From a virus: a DNA stretch of 64,000 bases. Below the pieces are notes generated by a model. That model had not been told where the DNA came from and searched no databases. It saw only the letters and a program-made list of their open reading frames with translations. Position numbers and translations under genes: made by a program. This document shows, in pieces, positions 11,010 through 20,265 of the stretch (within the stretch, counting starts at the first letter, position 1; each line of letters opens with the position of its first letter). Location: positions 69,947 through 133,946 of IMG/VR virus record IMGVR_UViG_3300020183_000015; one strand, written 5' to 3'.

Positions 11010-12016
11010 TGGCTCTTAAGAAAAATGACTTCACTTCGATAAAGAAGAAGTTCTCTGCGGACGCAAAATATAAACCACAAAGATTTTTTGATCTTGGATC
11101 AGAATTTCTTGATGCGGTTGGATTACCTGGTCCTGCAATAGGACACCTGAATATGTTGCTTGGTCACTCGGATACAGGAAAAACTACGGCCCTTATCAAA
11201 ACTGCAGTTGACTCTCAAAAGAAGGGAATTCTTCCTGTTTTTATTATTACTGAACAGAAGTGGTCTTTTGAACACCCCAAACTTATGGGACTCGAATGTG
11301 AGGAGGTGGTAGATGAAGAAACGGGTGAGTTGACTTGGGATGGATTCTTCTTATTCAATAACAATTTTGATTATATTGAACAAATCACTGAATATATCAA
11401 CGGTCTGTTGGACGCACAAGAAAAGGGTGAGTTGGATTATTCACTTTGTATTATGTGGGATTCAGTTGGATCAGTTCCTTGTAAAATGACATATGAAGGT
11501 AAAGGAGGTAAACAACACAATGCAAGTGTTTTAGCAGACAAAATTGGTATGGGTATTAACCAACGTATATCAGGATCTCGTAAAGCGGATTCTAAATACG
11601 AAAATACCTTAATCATTGTTAACCAACCCTGGGTAGAGTTACCTGACAATCCATTTGGTCAACCTAAGATCAAGGCAAAAGGTGGTGAAGCAATTTGGTT
11701 AAACTCTTCTTTGGTTTTCTTATTTGGTAATCAAAAAGGCGCGGGTACAACAAAGATCACTGCAACAAAAGACAAGAGAACCGTAAAATTCGCTTCGAGA
11801 ACAAAAGTTTCGGTTATGAAAAATCACATTAATGGTCTTGGTTTTGAAGATGGAAGAATTATTGTAACCCCACACGGATTCTTACCAGGTAAAGATACAA
11901 CCGAAGAAAAAGTATCAATAGAAAGGTATAAGAAAGAATATGCTGACTATTGGAAAAATATTATCGGAGTTGATGGTGACTTCGATTTGAAAACAGAAAA
12001 AGAAGAAGTAGAGTAG
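11009..12016 (+). CDS. uvsX: RecA/UvsX-like recombinase
   Basis: Walker A GHSDTGKT, Walker B IMWDSVG, IIVNQ, KGGEA, VMKNH. Confidence 0.85.
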   Translation: MALKKNDFTSIKKKFSADAKYKPQRFFDLGSEFLDAVGLPGPAIGHLNMLLGHSDTGKTTALIKTAVDSQKKGILPVFIITEQKWSFEHPKLMGLECEEVVDEETGELTWDGFFLFNNNFDYIEQITEYINGLLDAQEKGELDYSLCIMWDSVGSVPCKMTYEGKGGKQHNASVLADKIGMGINQRISGSRKADSKYENTLIIVNQPWVELPDNPFGQPKIKAKGGEAIWLNSSLVFLFGNQKGAGTTKITATKDKRTVKFASRTKVSVMKNHINGLGFEDGRIIVTPHGFLPGKDTTEEKVSIERYKKEYADYWKNIIGVDGDFDLKTEKEEVE

Positions 12017-12037
12017 AAATCATTTAAGTTTTAGGAA

Positions 12038-13048
12038 GTGTCCAATACATTATTAGTAGACGGGAATAATTTATTAAAGATTGGTTTTCATGGTGTTAGA
12101 GAATTCTATCACAATGGTAAACATGTTGGTGGGGTTTGGCACTTTCTAAACACTCTTCGTAAATTCTTAGAGGAACACAACTTCAATAAGGTTGTAGTTC
12201 TTTGGGATTCTAAAACCTCTTCTTCCAAAAGAAGATTGATTTATCCCAAATATAAATTAAATCGTAAAACTTCTGAATCTGAATCTAAAGAAGAATCTTT
12301 TTTAGAACAAAAACAAAGGGTTAAACAATACCTTGAAGAGATGTTTGTAAGACAAATAGAGACAGAACACGCAGAAGCCGATGACTTAATTGCTCATTAC
12401 TGTAAAGTATCATTAGATGAGGACAAAACAATCTTCTCAAGTGATAGAGATCTGACACAATTAATCAGTGAGAAAGTTTCAATTTATTCACCATCTACAA
12501 AACAATATTATAAGTCTGGAGATAAGATAAAACTACATGATGTTGAGATTCCACACTATAACGTTAAAATGGTCAAAATTCTTACCGGTGATAATTCAGA
12601 TAACATAGATGGTATCTTTTATTTAGGTGAGAAGACATTGATCAAATTATTTCCCGAACTCCTTGAACAAAGGGTTGAATTATCTTATATTTTAGAAAAG
12701 AGTGAACAACTCTTGAATGAGGAAAAATGGAATGTTGCTCTTCAGAATCTTTTGAGTGGTAAAACAAAAGAAGGTATCTTTGGTAATGAGTTTTTTGAAA
12801 TAAATAAAAAACTAGTTGACTTGGACAATCCACTTTTGAGTGAAGAAGACAAAGAGTTGGTTAGATTATATTATTCTGAGTCGATGGATCCCGACGGAAG
12901 AGGACATAGAAACTTAATCAGACTTATGATGGAGGACGGGTTTTTCAAATACTTACCAAAGGGTGACGACGCTTGGGTTAGTTTTTTAAAACCTTTTCTC
13001 AAACTTACAAGAAAAGAAAAAACAAAATTCAGAAACAAAAAAAACTAA
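12038..13048 (+). CDS. 5'-3' exonuclease/flap endonuclease (T4 RNase H / PolI N-terminal family)
   Basis: LLVDGNN, YKLNR, EADDLIA, SSDRDL, GDNSDNIDG, GEKT. Confidence 0.92.
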   Translation: MSNTLLVDGNNLLKIGFHGVREFYHNGKHVGGVWHFLNTLRKFLEEHNFNKVVVLWDSKTSSSKRRLIYPKYKLNRKTSESESKEESFLEQKQRVKQYLEEMFVRQIETEHAEADDLIAHYCKVSLDEDKTIFSSDRDLTQLISEKVSIYSPSTKQYYKSGDKIKLHDVEIPHYNVKMVKILTGDNSDNIDGIFYLGEKTLIKLFPELLEQRVELSYILEKSEQLLNEEKWNVALQNLLSGKTKEGIFGNEFFEINKKLVDLDNPLLSEEDKELVRLYYSESMDPDGRGHRNLIRLMMEDGFFKYLPKGDDAWVSFLKPFLKLTRKEKTKFRNKKN

Positions 13049-13056
13049 AAAATAAA

Positions 13057-13506
13057 ATGAGAGAACAAGATATAACAAAAGTAGAATTTTTGTTAATGTG
13101 TAATGAGAACATTGTCGTTCAAAGATTTTTTAACGTTAGAGGATTCAATAAAAACGCATCCAAATCTGAAGACTTACATTATTATATCACAAGTTTTTGT
13201 GAAGAAATGAAGTATAATTTAAAGATGAGATCAGTAATTTACATGTTGGAAAATCAATATGAGATTATCGAAAATCCTGAGGTCTTAAATACATCAATTA
13301 CAGACGGACCTGAAAAATTTAATCTGTTAATTAAGGTGGGAGACATGACAGTTTGTCATAGACAGTTTGATGCAAAACCATACCCTCCAAAGGTCAGATA
13401 TACCGTAGACCTACGCCCAAAGTTAAAATCAGTACTTGCTAGGTTGACTGACATTTTTTCAGACAAAAATTTAATTTATTTTTACCCCAAACTTATCAAA
13501 AACTAG
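13057..13506 (+). CDS. Hypothetical protein in replication cluster
   Basis: 149-aa ORF tightly packed between the exonuclease and helicase genes. Confidence 0.75.
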   Translation: MREQDITKVEFLLMCNENIVVQRFFNVRGFNKNASKSEDLHYYITSFCEEMKYNLKMRSVIYMLENQYEIIENPEVLNTSITDGPEKFNLLIKVGDMTVCHRQFDAKPYPPKVRYTVDLRPKLKSVLARLTDIFSDKNLIYFYPKLIKN

Positions 13507-13539
13507 TACTATTTATCATTACTAAATAAAAGAAAAAAT

Positions 13540-14922
13540 ATGGCGACAGGTAAAAATTTTGAGTATCTCGGACAACAGTTTCAGTTACAATTATTAAATC
13601 AAATTATTGTAGATAAAGATTTTTCTCACTCAATAATTAATGTAATCGAGAACAACTATTTCGAAAATAAGTATTTTAAAATCATAATTCAGATGGTTAA
13701 AGAATACTACAAAAAATTTGACCACACACCATCATTTGAAACCTTAGAACAAGTAACTAAATCCGAACTTCAACAAGAAATTGCATCAAAAATAGTTCTT
13801 GATACAATCAAAAAAATTAAGGATGTAACTATCGATGGAGTAGGTTTTGTTCAAGAAAAGGCATTGAAATTCTGTAAACAACAAGAGTTACAAAGGGTAA
13901 TGACTAAAGCTCAAAAGATCATTGACGGAGGGGAGTTTGAAAACTACGACACCTTAGAAGAATTGGTTAGAGAAGCATTACTTGTTGGGAACAAAGACAC
14001 ATCTATGATGGACGTGTTCTCTAACTTAGAACAAGTACTTGAGGAAGATTACAGACATCCAATTCCAATGGGAATACCAGGAATTGACAGATTGCTTAAA
14101 GGTGGACTGGCTAAGGGTGAAATTGGAGTAATTTTAGCACCAACAGGGGTAGGTAAATCTACCGTGTTAACTAAAATATCTAATCACGCTTACAATTTAG
14201 GATTTAATGTTCTACAAATCTTTTTCGAAGATAACCCAAAGGTCATTCAGAGAAAACATTTTACACTTTGGACAGGAATACATCCTGACGACTTGTCAGA
14301 TCAAAAAGAAGAAGTATTTTCCAAAGTTAAAGAAATCAATGAAACGATGGAAAATCGTTTGATTATGAAAAAACTACCGTCAGATACTATGACCATGTTG
14401 CAAATCAAAAACCAAATCAGAAAGATGGTTGCAGATGGTGTCAAAGTGGATATGATTGTTTTGGATTACATTGATTGTGTTGTTCCTGATAAAAATTTGG
14501 GTGACGAATGGAAAAGTGAGGGATCGGTGATGAGAGCATTTGAGGCGATGTGTCACGAAATGAATTTAGTTGGTTGGACCGCAACACAAGGGAACCGATC
14601 ATCAATATCTTCAGAAGTGGTAACTACAGATCAAATGGGTGGATCAATTAAAAAGGCACAAGTCGGACACGTTATTATTTCGGTGGCTAAAACATTACAA
14701 CAGAAAGAAATGAAGTTGGCAACCATTGCAATAACAAAGTCTCGAATAGGTGACGACGGAATAGTGTTTGAAAATTGTAAATTTGATAACGCAATGATAG
14801 AGATAGACACAGAAAGTACGACAACGTTCTTGGGTCTTGAAGAACAAAAAGAAGAAAGACAACGACAAAGGGTTAAAGAGCTACTCGAAAAGAGAAAGCA
14901 AAGGGAATCTCAAACTAATTAA
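13540..14922 (+). CDS. dnaB: DnaB/gp41-like replicative helicase
   Basis: APTGVGKS, IVLDYID, WTATQGNR, ITKSRIG. Confidence 0.92.
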   Translation: MATGKNFEYLGQQFQLQLLNQIIVDKDFSHSIINVIENNYFENKYFKIIIQMVKEYYKKFDHTPSFETLEQVTKSELQQEIASKIVLDTIKKIKDVTIDGVGFVQEKALKFCKQQELQRVMTKAQKIIDGGEFENYDTLEELVREALLVGNKDTSMMDVFSNLEQVLEEDYRHPIPMGIPGIDRLLKGGLAKGEIGVILAPTGVGKSTVLTKISNHAYNLGFNVLQIFFEDNPKVIQRKHFTLWTGIHPDDLSDQKEEVFSKVKEINETMENRLIMKKLPSDTMTMLQIKNQIRKMVADGVKVDMIVLDYIDCVVPDKNLGDEWKSEGSVMRAFEAMCHEMNLVGWTATQGNRSSISSEVVTTDQMGGSIKKAQVGHVIISVAKTLQQKEMKLATIAITKSRIGDDGIVFENCKFDNAMIEIDTESTTTFLGLEEQKEERQRQRVKELLEKRKQRESQTN

Positions 14923-14942
14923 CAAAAATAAATTTTACAAAA

Positions 14943-16802
14943 ATGGATATATCACAAAGAATATTGAGTGACATTACGGTGTACATGAAATACGCCAAGT
15001 TTCTTCCTGAGAAAAACAGACGGGAAACTTGGGAAGAATTGGTAACAAGAAACAAAAAAATGCACCAAAAGAAATACCCACAAATCAAAGATGATATTGA
15101 AGAAGTTTACCAAATGGTGTACGATAAAAAAATTCTTCCTTCAATGAGATCTTTACAATTCGGTGGAAAACCAATTGAAATTTCACCAAACCGAGTTTAT
15201 AACTGTGCATACATGCCTATTGACCATTTTGATGCATTTTCTGAAACAATGTTCTTGTTGTTAGGTGGTACAGGTGTTGGATTCTCAGTTCAAAAACATC
15301 ACGTAGAAAAACTACCTGAAATTAAAAAACCAAACCCAAGTAGAACAAGAAGATATTTGATTGGTGATAGTATTGAAGGATGGGCAGATGCAATTAAAGT
15401 TCTTATCGAATCTTATTTAGGTGTTAAATCATCAACACCAATTTTTGACTTTTCAGATATTCGTCAAAAAGGAGCCCTATTGGTTACTTCAGGTGGAAAA
15501 GCTCCTGGTCCACAACCATTAAAAGATTGTATTCATAACATTACCAAAGTATTTGAAAACAAAGTTGACGGTGAAAAACTTTCACCTATTGAAACTCACG
15601 ATATTGTTTGTCATATTGCAGATGCAGTACTAGCAGGTGGTATTCGTAGAGCGGCTTTGATTTCATTATTTTCTGCTGATGATGATGAAATGATTTCTTG
15701 TAAGTCAGGAAATTGGTGGGAATCAAATCCACAAAGAGGTAGAGCAAACAACTCGGCAGTTCTTCTTCGTCACAAAGTAACTAAAGAATACTTCATGGAT
15801 CTTTGGAAACGAATTGAATTGTCAGGAGCTGGAGAACCAGGAATTTACTTATCTAATGATAAGGACTGGGGGACAAACCCTTGTTGTGAAATCGGTCTTC
15901 GACCATATCAATTTTGTAACTTGTGTGAGGTAAATGCGTCTGACATTGAATCCCAAGAGGATTTTGAAAAACGAGTTAAAGGTGCCGCATTTATTGGAAC
16001 ACTACAAGCAGGATATACTGACTTCCATTATCTTCGTGATGTTTGGAAAAGAACGACTGAAAAAGATGCTCTTATTGGTGTTGGTATGACAGGTATTGGA
16101 TCAGGTGTTGTTTTGGGTTATGATATGAAGGCAGCCGCAATTGCAGTGAAAGAAGAAAACGAAAGAGTTGCAAACCTTATCGGTATTAACAAGGCCGCAA
16201 GAACTACTACCGTTAAACCATCAGGAACCTCATCTTTGGTTTTAGGTACATCTTCAGGTATTCACGCTTGGCATAATGATTTCTATTTAAGAAGAATTCG
16301 TGTTGGTAAAAACGAAGCAATCTATTCTTACTTAACAATCAACCACCCTGAATTAGTGGAGGATGAGTTCTTTAGACCTCATGACACTGCGGTAATTACA
16401 ATCCCACAAAAGTCACCTGAAGGATCTATTCTTCGATACGAGTCAGTATTCCAAATGCTGGAACGTGTCAAAAAGGTATCACAAGAGTGGATCAAATTTG
16501 GACACAGAGGAGGTCAAAACTCACACAACGTATCTGCTACAGTTTCAATCAAAGAAGATGAGTGGGAACTGGTAGGTGATTGGATGTGGAATAATAGAAA
16601 ATTCTATAATGGACTTTCAGTATTACCCTACTCAAACCATACTTACAAACAAGCACCTTATGAAGATTGTAGTAAAGAAGAATACGAAAAATTACTTAAA
16701 ACATTAACAAATGTTGATCTCACGAAAGTAATTGAACTACAAGATAATACTAACTTATCTGGTGAAGCCGCTTGTGCGGGTGGAGCTTGTGAAATAGTAT
16801 AA
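14943..16802 (+). CDS. nrdJ: Class II (adenosylcobalamin-dependent) ribonucleotide reductase, monomeric type
   Basis: RRETWEE, LPSMR, YNCAY, GTGVGFS, TNPCCEI, CNLCE, TVKPSGT and C-terminal CAGGACE; no ATP cone evident. Confidence 0.92.
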   Translation: MDISQRILSDITVYMKYAKFLPEKNRRETWEELVTRNKKMHQKKYPQIKDDIEEVYQMVYDKKILPSMRSLQFGGKPIEISPNRVYNCAYMPIDHFDAFSETMFLLLGGTGVGFSVQKHHVEKLPEIKKPNPSRTRRYLIGDSIEGWADAIKVLIESYLGVKSSTPIFDFSDIRQKGALLVTSGGKAPGPQPLKDCIHNITKVFENKVDGEKLSPIETHDIVCHIADAVLAGGIRRAALISLFSADDDEMISCKSGNWWESNPQRGRANNSAVLLRHKVTKEYFMDLWKRIELSGAGEPGIYLSNDKDWGTNPCCEIGLRPYQFCNLCEVNASDIESQEDFEKRVKGAAFIGTLQAGYTDFHYLRDVWKRTTEKDALIGVGMTGIGSGVVLGYDMKAAAIAVKEENERVANLIGINKAARTTTVKPSGTSSLVLGTSSGIHAWHNDFYLRRIRVGKNEAIYSYLTINHPELVEDEFFRPHDTAVITIPQKSPEGSILRYESVFQMLERVKKVSQEWIKFGHRGGQNSHNVSATVSIKEDEWELVGDWMWNNRKFYNGLSVLPYSNHTYKQAPYEDCSKEEYEKLLKTLTNVDLTKVIELQDNTNLSGEAACAGGACEIV

Positions 16803-16804
16803 TA

Positions 16805-17032
16805 ATGACAGTAAGTGCATCAAACGATTGGATACAACAGTTATATGTTCAGGAGACAACAAAAAAATCTCCTGAACCTGACTTTTATAAAGATGAAAAT
16901 GGTAGGTTTGTAATGACCAAATCTTTTCACATTAAAAGAGGAAGTTGTTGCGGGTCCAAGTGTAAACACTGTCCTTACAAACCAAAATACCAAAAAGGTA
17001 CTCAACAAATACAAAAATCACTACTTAGGTAG
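16805..17032 (+). CDS. Small Cys-rich protein (DUF5522-like)
   Basis: FYKDENGRFVMTKSFHIKRGSCCGSKCKHCPY. Confidence 0.7.
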   Translation: MTVSASNDWIQQLYVQETTKKSPEPDFYKDENGRFVMTKSFHIKRGSCCGSKCKHCPYKPKYQKGTQQIQKSLLR

Positions 17033-17044
17033 TGATTTTTTTTT
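17013..17044 (+). terminator. Terminator hairpin (possibly bidirectional)
   Basis: Perfect 12-bp stem AAAAATCACTAC-TTAG-GTAGTGATTTTT. Confidence 0.8.
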
Positions 17045-17072
17045 ATGGGTGTATTTATCTAATAAAGATGTC

Positions 17073-17822
17073 ATGAAGATTAAGATAACAGAAAGTCAAT
17101 TAAAAAATATCGTTAAAAAAATACAAGATAGTAAAAACATCAATGAGTCTTGGTATGATGACGCATTAGATTTTGTTAAGTCTTCTTATGAAACTATCGC
17201 GGGTAAAACTAAAGAAATCTTCAAAGACATAACTGGAATTAATTATGGTGATAAAGATAATGTTAAAAGTGGTGAAATACCAACAAAAAAAGAAATAGAA
17301 AAAAATATTAACAAATTCGAAAAAGACAAAGGACCCGACAATACTGACGGTAAATTAAAAAATATAATCATAGGAGACTCAACTGTTCCCTATTTAGATA
17401 ACGCGATACAAAAGGCGAGTAGGATAAATAAAAAAGGTGGAGAAAGTTCCTTGTGGTTGGGGGGTATGAGTGTAATTTGGTTGATTGGAGCCCTTAGAAA
17501 ATTTCCTGTAAACACAGATGTTGAGAATGTTATTATTAGTATGGGAACTAACGGTGGATTTGGAAAATATTTGAAATACGATGTTGGTGAACTGTTCAGT
17601 TTGTTAAGAAAAAAATTCCCTAATTCGAAATTTATTGTTGTACAAGGATCTTGGGGTTGGGGATCTTTAAAAAATATTGATGAAAAAGACGTTAAAAACT
17701 ATTACAAAAAGTACAAAAGAGAAGGGGCGACCGTTATTGAGCCACCAATAGGGGATGTTGAACCACACGGAGACAGACCTGTTTATCAAAAAATCGCAAA
17801 AGTTATTGACGGAATGTTATAA
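17073..17822 (+). CDS. SGNH/GDSL hydrolase-domain protein with N-terminal leader
   Basis: IIGDS, LGG, SMGTNG and terminal DVEPH blocks. Start moved to ATG 17073 (MKIKITESQL), downstream of TATTTAT. Confidence 0.65.
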   Translation: MKIKITESQLKNIVKKIQDSKNINESWYDDALDFVKSSYETIAGKTKEIFKDITGINYGDKDNVKSGEIPTKKEIEKNINKFEKDKGPDNTDGKLKNIIIGDSTVPYLDNAIQKASRINKKGGESSLWLGGMSVIWLIGALRKFPVNTDVENVIISMGTNGGFGKYLKYDVGELFSLLRKKFPNSKFIVVQGSWGWGSLKNIDEKDVKNYYKKYKREGATVIEPPIGDVEPHGDRPVYQKIAKVIDGML

Positions 17823-17885
17823 AAACAAAAAAGATAGTTACCACAATTATTTATTCAAAATTACTATGATGTATATTTATTTGAT

Positions 17886-18344
17886 ATGTCACAAGGTATT
17901 ACATACGGTATAACATTTCCATTCAGAGATTCATTTACAGGTGTGTATTTGGACGTTTCTGATACAAACCAACAAGAGATTAGAAATTCACTAATACATT
18001 TATTATTGACAAGAAAAGGGTCAAGATATTATCTACCAAGTTTTGGTACAAGACTTTATGAATATATTTTTGAACCCTTGGACGGACCAACATTTTCGGA
18101 GATTGAGTCTGACATAAGAGACGCGATTGGTGAGTTCATGCCTAATTTACTTGTGACCGAAATAAAAATAGAATCGGGATCGACAGGTTTAGAAAATAAA
18201 GGTTACACAATTAATGAGTATGATCAAAAGGAATTTAAAGTTTCGGGTATTTCAGAATTAGAACACACCGCTAAAATCACAATAAATTACAGAATTACAA
18301 ATCAATCATTTAATGAAAGTGATTTTGTAATCATTAATATTTAA
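17886..18344 (+). CDS. Baseplate wedge protein, gp25/GPW family
   Basis: IRNSLIHLLLTRKGSRYYLPSFGTRLYEYIFEP. Confidence 0.9.
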   Translation: MSQGITYGITFPFRDSFTGVYLDVSDTNQQEIRNSLIHLLLTRKGSRYYLPSFGTRLYEYIFEPLDGPTFSEIESDIRDAIGEFMPNLLVTEIKIESGSTGLENKGYTINEYDQKEFKVSGISELEHTAKITINYRITNQSFNESDFVIINI

Positions 18345-18348
18345 TAAT

Positions 18349-20190
18349 ATGGCAGAGAAAAAAATATCCTATACAACTAGAGATTTCCAAGGCACAAGGA
18401 CCGAGTTAATAAATTTCACAAGAACATACTATCCTGACCTTGTTCAAAATTTTAATGATGCCGGAATTTTCTCGGTATTATTAGATTTGAACGCTGCGGT
18501 GACAGACAACCTACAATTTCAAATTGACAGAAGTATACAAGAGACCGTTTTACAATTTGCACAACAAAAATCGTCAATTTATAACATAGCAAGAACCTAC
18601 GGTTTAAAAATACCGGGACAAAGACCATCAGTCGCTTTGGTAGACTTTTCAATAACTGTTCCCGCTTTTGGAGACAAAGAGGATTTGAGATATTGTGGTA
18701 TACTCTCAAGAGGGTCACAGGTGAACGGTGCTGGCCAAACATTTGAGACAGTATACGATATTGACTTTGCTTCAGCAATAAACGTTGAAGGAACCCCAAA
18801 CAGACTTAAAATCCCAAATTTTGATGCTAATGGTAACCTATTGAATTATACAATTAAAAAAAGAGAGGTTGTTGTTAATGGATCAACAAAAGTTTTCAAA
18901 AGAGTTATCACACCCAACGACATTATACCGTATTTCCAATTATTTTTACCTGAAAAAAATGTTTTAGGTGTAACCAGTGTGATTTTAAAAGATGGAACAC
19001 AATATACAACAATTCCACCCGCTCAAGATTTTATAACATTAGGTCCTGATAGATTGTATGAAGTGAAAGCCTTAGTCGAGGATAGAGTTTTTGTTGAAGA
19101 TCCAACCAAACCTTCTGACCAACCAGGAATAAAAGTTGGTAGGTACATATCAACTTCTCAAAAGTTTATAACCGAATATACTCCTGAAGGATTTTTAAAA
19201 ATGACTTTTGGTGGTGGTAATGTATCTGCTGAAGAACAACTAAGAGAGTTCGCAAGAGACGGAAAAGGAATGGATATATCAAGATACATAAATAACTTGG
19301 GACTTGGAAGTGCGCTTAAATCCAATAGTACATTATTCGTTCAATATAGAGTTGGAGGAGGATTAGCAACAAATGTTGGTGTTGACGCAATAAACCAAAT
19401 CGGTACCGTAGTATTTTCTGTGAATGGTCCGTCCGAAACCATAAATAGAACTGTAATCAACAGTCTAAGATGTAATAACGTAACTGCCGCAATAGGAGGG
19501 GCAAACGCACCTACTACGGAAGATATCAGACAAATGGTATCCTTTAACTTTGCCGCTCAAAACAGAGCGGTAACCGTAAATGATTATGAGTCCGTTATTA
19601 GAACAATGCCGTCTATATTTGGTGCACCAGCAAAAGTTTCAATAGTTGAAGAAAATAACAAAGTTAAAATTAAAATGTTGTCTTTTGATACAAGTGGAAA
19701 CTTAACAGATGTTATATCTAACACCTTGAAACAAAACGTGGCTAACTACTTATCTAATTATCGGATGATCAACGACTACATTTCAATTGAAAGTGCTGAA
19801 CCAATAGACTTAGCGGTTTCGTGTGATGTGGTGTTGGATAACTCACAAACACAAGGAGCTGTGGTAGCTAAAATCATTGAAATTATATCAAACTATTTCA
19901 ACCCACTAACAAGACAGTTAGGACAAAATGTTGTGGTTTCAGAACTAAGAAGACTGATACAATCTCAAAACGGGGTAATTAGTATTTCTGAAATGAAGTT
20001 TTTCAATTTAGTTGGAGGACAATATTCATCATTCGAAACTTCACAAACATATTCAGATCCAGTAACAAAAGAGATATACTTATATGCTGACGTTATTTAC
20101 GCCGAACCATCTCAAATTTATCAAATTAGATTTCCAAAAAAAGATATCAACGTTAGAGTCTTGAATTATAAGACAGTTAGTTTTTCTTAG
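18349..20190 (+). CDS. Baseplate wedge protein, gp6/baseplate J family
   Basis: YTTRDF, YRVGGG, AAIGGA, AQNRAVTVNDY. Confidence 0.88.
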   Translation: MAEKKISYTTRDFQGTRTELINFTRTYYPDLVQNFNDAGIFSVLLDLNAAVTDNLQFQIDRSIQETVLQFAQQKSSIYNIARTYGLKIPGQRPSVALVDFSITVPAFGDKEDLRYCGILSRGSQVNGAGQTFETVYDIDFASAINVEGTPNRLKIPNFDANGNLLNYTIKKREVVVNGSTKVFKRVITPNDIIPYFQLFLPEKNVLGVTSVILKDGTQYTTIPPAQDFITLGPDRLYEVKALVEDRVFVEDPTKPSDQPGIKVGRYISTSQKFITEYTPEGFLKMTFGGGNVSAEEQLREFARDGKGMDISRYINNLGLGSALKSNSTLFVQYRVGGGLATNVGVDAINQIGTVVFSVNGPSETINRTVINSLRCNNVTAAIGGANAPTTEDIRQMVSFNFAAQNRAVTVNDYESVIRTMPSIFGAPAKVSIVEENNKVKIKMLSFDTSGNLTDVISNTLKQNVANYLSNYRMINDYISIESAEPIDLAVSCDVVLDNSQTQGAVVAKIIEIISNYFNPLTRQLGQNVVVSELRRLIQSQNGVISISEMKFFNLVGGQYSSFETSQTYSDPVTKEIYLYADVIYAEPSQIYQIRFPKKDINVRVLNYKTVSFS

Positions 20191-20265
20191 TAATTTATTT
20201 TTTGAATTACAGACCTACTTTTTGAAAATAGGAAATAAACTATTTATCAAAAAACGAAAATTGTA

